Positions 56,032 to 64,000 of a DNA stretch of 64,000 bases are shown piece by piece (position 1 is the stretch's first letter; every line of letters starts with the position of its first letter). This stretch comes from Verrucomicrobiota bacterium (GTDB lineage: Bacteria; Verrucomicrobiota; Verrucomicrobiia; Verrucomicrobiales; Akkermansiaceae): NCBI GenBank assembly GCA_038747705.1, contig JBCDJP010000002.1, positions 73,395 to 137,394 of the forward strand. Direction: 5' to 3'. A program made the translations under genes and the position numbers. The notes beneath the pieces are model-generated. The model had not been told where the DNA came from and did not search any database. It saw nothing but the letters and a program-made list of their open reading frames with translations.

Positions 56032-58104
56032 CTACGCCGACACCAACGGGTCTTCCGGGGGTTCATGAATGGATGAGAAGAGCGCTTTGTGCGCACCAGT
56101 GAGTTCCGGATCCTCGGCGATGACCTGGTCGGCGAGGGCGCGGGCCTCGCGAAGCAGGGCAGTGTCGGCGAGAAAGTCCGGGAACCGGATGTCACCAAGG
56201 CCGCTTTGCATGGTGCCTAGAACGTCGCCGGGTCCGCGCAGGCGCAGGTCCTCCTCGGCGATCTCGAAGCCGTCGGCGGTCCGCTCCATGACGCCGAGTT
56301 TCTCCATCGCTTCGGCGCTTTTGCCGTCGGTCAGCAGGATGCAGTAGCTCTTATGCTCGCCGCGGCCGATCCGGCCACGCAGCTGGTGCAACTGGGCGAG
56401 GCCGAAGCGTTCGGCGTGATGGATGATCATCAGGTTGGCATTGGGGACATCGACGCCGACCTCGATCACGGTGGTGGCGACCAGGGCGTCGATCCCACCG
56501 TCACGGAAGCGACCCATGATCGATTCCTTCTCCTCGGGGTCGACCTTGCCGTGGATCAGCCCAACCTCGTACTTCGAGAGGCGTTTGACCCACTTCTCGT
56601 GCGCGGCGGTGGCGGACTCGATCTTGAGCTTCTCGCTATCCTCGACCAGCGGATAGACAAGATAGGCCTGACGGCCCTGATCGAGCTGGTCCTTGACGAA
56701 CTTGTTGAGGTCGGACTGCTTTGGCTTCACCCGCAGGGCGGTGACCATCTTGCCGCGGCCGGCGGGACGTTCATCGAGAATGGAAACGTCGAGGTCACCG
56801 TAGATGGTCATCGTCAGGGTCCGCGGGATCGGCGTGGCGGTCATGACGAGGACATCGGGCCGGGTGGTTCTTTCCTGGTCGGGGCAGGAATGCCCCTTCT
56901 CCATTAGGCGGCCGCGTTGGATGACGCCGAACTTGTGTTGTTCGTCGATCACGATGAGTCCGAGGTCGCGGAAGGCGACGGAGTCGTAGAGCAGCGCGTG
57001 GGTGCCGATGATGACCTGGGCTTCGCCTTCGAGCGCGATGTGGGATTCCTCCTGTCGATTGGCAGTGCGCAGGGCGACGCGGATGCCGAGCGGCTCGAGC
57101 CAGCGGCGAAAGGTGAGGTAGTGCTGCTCAGCGAGGATCTGGGTCGGAGCCATCAGGGCCGCCTGCACCCCGGAATCGACCGCCAGCAGCATGCTGGCCA
57201 TGGCGACGAAGGTCTTGCCGGAGCCGACGTCGCCCTGGAGAAGCCGGTTCATCGGGCGGGGCTGGCGGAGGTCGGCGATGACCTCGCGGATCGAGCGCTT
57301 CTGTGCCCCGGTGAGGTCGAAGGGGAGGTTTTCGTAGAAGGCCTTGAGGAGGCTGGTCTTCTTCCCGAGGACGCGGCCGTCGGACTCGTGGATGCGGGCA
57401 CGTCGCCAGACGACATTCAGCTGGAGGATGAAGAATTCCTCGAGGGCGAATCGGCGTCGCGCGGCTTCCGCCTGCTCGAGGGATTCGGGAAAGTGGACTT
57501 CGCGGATGGCCTCGTGACGCGGATAGGTGGGGTCGACGTCGTAGGGCCCGGCAAGCGTCGCGGGTTCGACATGCTCCAAGGTGTGATACTGGACTTCCCG
57601 TAGTCGTCGCTGGGCGATGCCGGAGACGTTGCGATAGACGGGAACGATGCGTTCGAGGTGGACCGATGGGCCGGAGTGGTCCTTGATGACCTCGAACTCC
57701 GGGTGATCGATGACGATGCGTCCTTGCGATTCCTTCGGTTTCCCGTGGAGAATGACCTCTTGGCCGGCGGCGAGGACCTTTGACAAGAAGGGCATGTTGA
57801 ACCAGCGGCAGGTCAGGGTGGCAGGGCCCATGCCTCTGCTGCCGGAAGCGTCGGCGACGACGGCCTCGTAGAAGCGGGCGCGTCCGCCGAAGCGTTTCCG
57901 GGTGTCGATGACCGTAGCCCGGATGCAGACGGCGGCCCCACCGGCTTCGGCGGGAAAGGCATCGAAGCGCCGGCGATCTTCGTAGCGCCGGGGCAGGTGA
58001 TCGAGCAGCTGCCGGAGCGTGTGGATGCCAACGGCGCCGAGCGCGAGGACTTCCTTCGGAGCGAGGAAGTCGCAGCTGGCGAGCTCGGAGTCGGCGGCGA
58101 TCAA
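56032..58104 (-). CDS. recG: ATP-dependent DNA helicase RecG
   Basis: RLLQGDVGSGKT, APTQILAEQH, DEQHKFGV, MTATPIPRTL, GLAQLHQLRGRIGRG, DLRLRGPG. Confidence 0.97.
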   Translation of the reverse strand: MIAADSELASCDFLAPKEVLALGAVGIHTLRQLLDHLPRRYEDRRRFDAFPAEAGGAAVCIRATVIDTRKRFGGRARFYEAVVADASGSRGMGPATLTCRWFNMPFLSKVLAAGQEVILHGKPKESQGRIVIDHPEFEVIKDHSGPSVHLERIVPVYRNVSGIAQRRLREVQYHTLEHVEPATLAGPYDVDPTYPRHEAIREVHFPESLEQAEAARRRFALEEFFILQLNVVWRRARIHESDGRVLGKKTSLLKAFYENLPFDLTGAQKRSIREVIADLRQPRPMNRLLQGDVGSGKTFVAMASMLLAVDSGVQAALMAPTQILAEQHYLTFRRWLEPLGIRVALRTANRQEESHIALEGEAQVIIGTHALLYDSVAFRDLGLIVIDEQHKFGVIQRGRLMEKGHSCPDQERTTRPDVLVMTATPIPRTLTMTIYGDLDVSILDERPAGRGKMVTALRVKPKQSDLNKFVKDQLDQGRQAYLVYPLVEDSEKLKIESATAAHEKWVKRLSKYEVGLIHGKVDPEEKESIMGRFRDGGIDALVATTVIEVGVDVPNANLMIIHHAERFGLAQLHQLRGRIGRGEHKSYCILLTDGKSAEAMEKLGVMERTADGFEIAEEDLRLRGPGDVLGTMQSGLGDIRFPDFLADTALLREARALADQVIAEDPELTGAHKALFSSIHEPPEDPLVSA

Positions 58105-58122
58105 GGAGCGTCGGGTGTGGGA

Positions 58123-59442
58123 TCAGTCGAGCAGCATGAACTGCGATTCCGAGCTCATTTGCAGCACCGACTTGCGATCGCTGCGTTCCGCCTTCCACTC
58201 CCCGACGAAGCGTGCTTCCTTGCCGACCATTTCGGGCAAGGTTTCGGGGTCGAAGTCCGTCCAGTCCGCCGTCCGGAAGCTCGCCCAGAGGCGATGTCTG
58301 GTGTTGGTTTCCTCGAACTGAAAGTAGTGGGTCTTGCCGCTGCGACTGACTTCGGTGCGGATGATCTTGCCGTACTTTGTGGCTGTCTCACCGAGAGTGA
58401 TGACCGGGGCACCTTCAGCTTCCTCTGCCATGTCCCGAGCGAGCTGGTTGATGCGGGCGATCCGGTCTTCCTCGGCGGTCGGGGTGCGGGTGGCGACATC
58501 GGTCACCTTGACCACCTCCTTGACCGGTGCAGCAGAGGGTTCGTCGTTCGAAGTTGCGGACTCTCCTGCCTCGACGACGATTGGCGGTGTCACTTCGGGT
58601 GGGTTGAAGTGCCGCCAGGCGAGGATGCCGGCGGCTCCGAACGCGAGTGAGGCGGCGAGGATCCAGGGCCAGACAACAGGTCGGCTGGCGATGACGTAGG
58701 GCTGGGGTGCCGGTGTTGAGTGCGGCTCGGTCTGTGGTGCCGCTGCAGCCATCTCCTCGACCAGGGTAGCGGGTTCGTGCAGGGCTTCGCGTGCTTGTGC
58801 GAGTGACCAGGCGTCCGGCTGGTCGCGCAAGGTTTGTACCCAGGCACCAAGTCCGTTGCCGGAGTTTCGAGAGATGACCTGACCGTTCCATCCCGAGACC
58901 TTTTCCACCATGTCGAGCAGCGGCTTGAGGTCGGAGCGGATGCTTTCGGATGAAAGCCAGCGCAGCGGTGAGATCCAGAAGGTGACGGGGCGCTCAGGAT
59001 TGTCCTGCGAAATGACGACTGATGCAGGATCGGTATCCACCCAGATGGCTTCCTCGCCGAAGATTTCCGACAATGCCAGTGAGGTTTCAAGGGCGATGTC
59101 GGCGAGATTGCGAACGGACTCCGGGCTGACCGGTCCATCGGCCAACCGCAAGGCGAGGGCCTCACCCTCGACCCACTCGGTGACCAGAAAGGGGATGTGG
59201 TCGTCGGGGTCGACGCCGCCATCGACCACGGAACGGAGTGACGGATGGGAGACTTCGCGGAGGCGTCTGACACCGATCTCGTAGGCGCTGCTTTCCTCTT
59301 GGGCGAGGCCGCCGCCATCGGGGCCGAAGGGAAAGAAGCGCCGGACCACGACCTCGCGATCGGTTTCCCGGTCGTGGGCGTGAAAAGCCACCCCGGTGTG
59401 ATCCTGGGAGAGGATGTCGAGGATCTCGTAGCGACGCGTCAC
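58123..59442 (-). CDS. Membrane-anchored Ser/Thr kinase-like protein, probably a pseudokinase
   Basis: RYEIL..L, HPSL..VVDGG, FLVTEWVEGE; no GxGxxG, VAIK, HRD or DFG; one TM segment and a C-terminal domain. Confidence 0.68.
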   Translation of the reverse strand: MTRRYEILDILSQDHTGVAFHAHDRETDREVVVRRFFPFGPDGGGLAQEESSAYEIGVRRLREVSHPSLRSVVDGGVDPDDHIPFLVTEWVEGEALALRLADGPVSPESVRNLADIALETSLALSEIFGEEAIWVDTDPASVVISQDNPERPVTFWISPLRWLSSESIRSDLKPLLDMVEKVSGWNGQVISRNSGNGLGAWVQTLRDQPDAWSLAQAREALHEPATLVEEMAAAAPQTEPHSTPAPQPYVIASRPVVWPWILAASLAFGAAGILAWRHFNPPEVTPPIVVEAGESATSNDEPSAAPVKEVVKVTDVATRTPTAEEDRIARINQLARDMAEEAEGAPVITLGETATKYGKIIRTEVSRSGKTHYFQFEETNTRHRLWASFRTADWTDFDPETLPEMVGKEARFVGEWKAERSDRKSVLQMSSESQFMLLD

Positions 59443-59588
59443 GGCAGGAAGGGTTAACAGATCTTGCCGGTTGGAGGCAATGCCGGGAAGGCGTATCGGG
59501 GAATGGTGACGCTTTTTCCGTGATTTTCCGGTGAGTCCGGGCTTTCCTCCGCCCGCCCGGAGGCACTCCGGAGCGCGATCGTCCCGTC

Positions 59589-61388
<1,800 letters not shown>

Positions 61389-61397
61389 ATCGTCGGT

Positions 61398-62480
61398 TCA
61401 GCCCTTGAGTCGGGCGGCGGCGGATTCGAGGTCCTTGACGGCGTCCTTGCGCCATTTGACTGATTGCTCGGCGGCTTCGCGGTTGTAGCCGGAAAAACCC
61501 TTCGGGTTGAACTCCTTGGCGTCGCGGTTCAGCTCGTGGAGAGCGCTGCGGTAGAACTTACCAAAGCGGCTGATCAGTCCGTTGTCGGAGGTGCGCATGC
61601 GCTTGCTTGCCAGTTCGGTGTTCATGTCGAACAGGGCGGCAACGATCGGGACCTCCTCGTTTTCCTCAAAGATGCTGAGGATGGTCGGGCCACCGTCGCC
61701 GACCCGGGTGTCGAGGCGGAGTCCGGCTTTGGTGGGATCGAGGACCGAGATGGCGTAAAGGATGCGGGTGTTGCGGTTGAAATCCTCAAGTCGGGCGTCC
61801 TCCTTGAGGAAGCGGCCGATCGGCATCTGCTGCCACTTGATTTTGCGGTCGAGCCGGGTGGCGAAGCGCCGGACTTCGTTGAAGTCGGTATCCTTCGCCC
61901 AGATATCATCGCGGCCGGCGGTGGCGTGGGTCACGACGCCGAGCAGTTTGCCGCTTTCACCGGAGAAGACCGGGCCGCCGCTGTTGCCCTGGATGACGCC
62001 GTTGGTGACTTCGATGGAGTCGGGGCCGAGGGACTTGGCTTCGCCGTTGAGGACGGTGAGCACGCCGGCGCCACCGCTGTTGCCGATGGCGAGCAGCTTG
62101 GTTTTGACCTTGGCGCTGCCCGGTTCCGCGCGCTCGATGCCGGACTCGAAATCTTCCTTGAGTTCGATGCGGGCGAGGTCCGACTTTTCCGCGACCTCGA
62201 AGGTCCCGAACTTGGTGAACTTCCGGCCGTCGGCATTCTTGACCGTCAGGCGCTTGTTGCCGCAGAGCACGTGGGCGGCGGTGTAAAGGCGGGTGACCTC
62301 GCCCTCGTTGATGATGAAGCCGGTGCCGTTGCCGATATCGCCTTCGATGATGGCGATGGAGCTGAACTGTTCCTCGACGATCTTCTTCGCTTCATCGGAC
62401 TTCTTGGAATCAGCGTGTGCGAGAGGGGAAAGGCAGGCGGTGAGGAGGATGCCCGCGGAGAGTCGGAACGCCTTTTGCAT
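61398..62480 (-). CDS. Secreted trypsin-like (S1) serine protease
   Basis: Signal peptide, GTGF, YTAAHV, SDLAR, GNSGGP; start set at MQKAFRL. Confidence 0.85.
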   Translation of the reverse strand: MQKAFRLSAGILLTACLSPLAHADSKKSDEAKKIVEEQFSSIAIIEGDIGNGTGFIINEGEVTRLYTAAHVLCGNKRLTVKNADGRKFTKFGTFEVAEKSDLARIELKEDFESGIERAEPGSAKVKTKLLAIGNSGGAGVLTVLNGEAKSLGPDSIEVTNGVIQGNSGGPVFSGESGKLLGVVTHATAGRDDIWAKDTDFNEVRRFATRLDRKIKWQQMPIGRFLKEDARLEDFNRNTRILYAISVLDPTKAGLRLDTRVGDGGPTILSIFEENEEVPIVAALFDMNTELASKRMRTSDNGLISRFGKFYRSALHELNRDAKEFNPKGFSGYNREAAEQSVKWRKDAVKDLESAAARLKG

Positions 62481-62541
62481 GTCTAGCGGATAGCAGGTCG
62501 CCCGCCAGGTGGGAAAACAATTTCTGTTAAGTCGATGACAT

Positions 62542-64000
62542 CTAAGCCTTCGCCTGTGCAAGTTCTTGGGAATCTGCGGAGAGTGGCCGGTGGGTCAGCT
62601 CCGCGGCGAGGAAGGGTGCCGTGGCGGATCGTTTGGATTTCGAAACTTTCTCAGGGGTGCCCTGGGCGACGATGCGTCCGCCCTTCTCGCCGGCTTCGGG
62701 GCCGAGGTCGAGGATCCAGTCGGCCTCGGCGGCGACCGCCATGTGGTGTTCGATGACGACCACGGTGTGGCCTTCGTCGACGAGTCGGTGGAGGACGTCA
62801 ATCAGTTTGCGGACGTCCTCGAGGTGCAGTCCGACGGTGGGTTCTTCGATCAGATAGAGGTTGGAGGATTGGATGCCGGACAGCTGGGCTTTCCGGGAGC
62901 GGCCGCGGATGAGTTGGGACACGAGTTTGATCCGTTGGGCTTCGCCCCCGGAGAGGGTTGGAGAGGGTTGACCAAGCTGGAGGTAGCCGAGGCCGGTATC
63001 GGCGAGCAGTCTCAGCGGGGTGGCGATGCGGGGCTGCGATTCGAAGAATTCGGCGGCCTGCTCGATGGTCAGGTTGAGGATCTCCCCGATATTCTTTTCG
63101 CGGAAGCGTACCTCGAGGGTGGCGGGGTTATAGCGGAGTTCGTTGCAGGTCTCGCAGGGAATCCAGGTGGTGGGCAGGAAGTCCATCTCGAGCTTCACCC
63201 GACCGTTGCCCTCGCAATCGGGGCAGCGGCCCTTGCCGGTGTTGAAGGAGAAGCGGGAAGCTTCGTAGCCCCGCACGCGCGACTCGGGGAGTTGAGCGAA
63301 GAGCTTGCGGATGTCGTCGAAGATCTTGACGTAGGTGGCCGGGCACGAGCGCGAAGTCTTGCCGATCGGGGACTGGTCGACTTCGTAGCAATGCTTGAGG
63401 GGTTTGAAGCCAGTGGCCTTCTTGAATGGCCGGTCGGTGGTCTTCTTGGAAGCGGCAGCCACGGCCACGCATTGATGCATGAGGGTGGACTTTCCGGAGC
63501 CGGAGATTCCGGTGAGCACGGTCAGGCGACCGAGCGGGATGGCGACGTCGAGGTCCTTGAGATTGTTCGCGAGGCAACCGGTGAGCTTCAGCTGCGGGTG
63601 GCTCTTCGGGATCGAGCGGCGCTTGCCGCGGGTCGGGTGGGCGATGGGATGGGTGAGCGCCTTGTAGGTGGGGGATGCGGCCTGCTGCGCAGGAGTGTCG
63701 AGTGAGTAGTGAGGAGTGAGCAGTGATGATTTGGCGGCTGCGTCGCGTTTGTTGGACCTTCTGCTCGATGTTTTACTACTGCTAACTGCTAACTGCTCAC
63801 TGCCCACTCGGGGCGGAGCCCCGCAATAGACGACTTCGCCGCCGAGTCGGCCGGCGCCGGGGCCGAGGTCGATCAGGTGGTCGGCGCGGGCGATCGTGTC
63901 CTCGTCGTGTTCGACCACGACCAGTGAGTTGCCGCGGTCGCGCAAGGCAAAGAGGGTGTTGAGCAGGGCGGTGTTGTCGCGCGGATGGAGGCCGATGGTG
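62542..64000 (-). CDS. uvrA: Excinuclease ABC subunit A, C-terminal part (5'-truncated by the window)
   Basis: TIGLHPRD, VVVEHD, GPGAG..GG, GISGSGKS, FSFN..GRC..C, LSGGEAQRIKL, EEPTVGLH; frame stays open to the window edge. Confidence 0.97.
   Translation of the reverse strand, partial: TIGLHPRDNTALLNTLFALRDRGNSLVVVEHDEDTIARADHLIDLGPGAGRLGGEVVYCGAPPRVGSEQLAVSSSKTSSRRSNKRDAAAKSSLLTPHYSLDTPAQQAASPTYKALTHPIAHPTRGKRRSIPKSHPQLKLTGCLANNLKDLDVAIPLGRLTVLTGISGSGKSTLMHQCVAVAAASKKTTDRPFKKATGFKPLKHCYEVDQSPIGKTSRSCPATYVKIFDDIRKLFAQLPESRVRGYEASRFSFNTGKGRCPDCEGNGRVKLEMDFLPTTWIPCETCNELRYNPATLEVRFREKNIGEILNLTIEQAAEFFESQPRIATPLRLLADTGLGYLQLGQPSPTLSGGEAQRIKLVSQLIRGRSRKAQLSGIQSSNLYLIEEPTVGLHLEDVRKLIDVLHRLVDEGHTVVVIEHHMAVAAEADWILDLGPEAGEKGGRIVAQGTPEKVSKSKRSATAPFLAAELTHRPLSADSQELAQAKA
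63700..63823. repeat. Heptamer-repeat hairpin plus GGA-triloop hairpin inside the uvrA reading frame
   Basis: (AGTGAGN)x4 ... (CT[AC]ACTG)-type x5 inverted arms; CGGGGC-GGA-GCCCCG at 63809-23. Confidence 0.8.

Overview
A 64-kb, GC-rich (roughly 60-65%, by eye) chromosomal segment. Gene content (PEP-CTERM/VPDSG-CTERM proteins, PrsK/PrsR, SHD1-like and ThuA-domain secreted proteins, scarce Shine-Dalgarno motifs) suggests a verrucomicrobium; this is inference. The first 13 kb is a cell-surface locus: a partial Ig-repeat surface protein, rfbD-rfbB-rfbA-rfbC-like genes, a Wza-like export lipoprotein, an FN3/Ig secreted protein, prsK-prsR, and a monocistronic VPDSG-CTERM gene with an enhancer-like palindrome, sigma-54 promoter and terminator. 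The rest is mostly housekeeping, DNA-repair and carbohydrate genes (uvrB, galM, SSS transporter, murI, GH20, rapA, GH16, uppP, recG, lepA, partial uvrA), plus a vapBC module and a halogenase-like enzyme. I saw no rRNA, tRNA, CRISPR array, integrase or transposase. The most unusual signal is a set of short palindromic elements: 7-mer-repeat hairpins, 9-mer-repeat nested hairpins and GNA-triloop REP-like hairpins. They fill intergenic spaces and also appear to sit in frame inside uvrA, recG and an FAD oxidoreductase. Other notable signals are a shared unannotated C-terminal domain on three secreted proteins, a candidate PrsR operator, and many apparently leaderless genes. All calls come from reading motifs by eye; no database searches were run.
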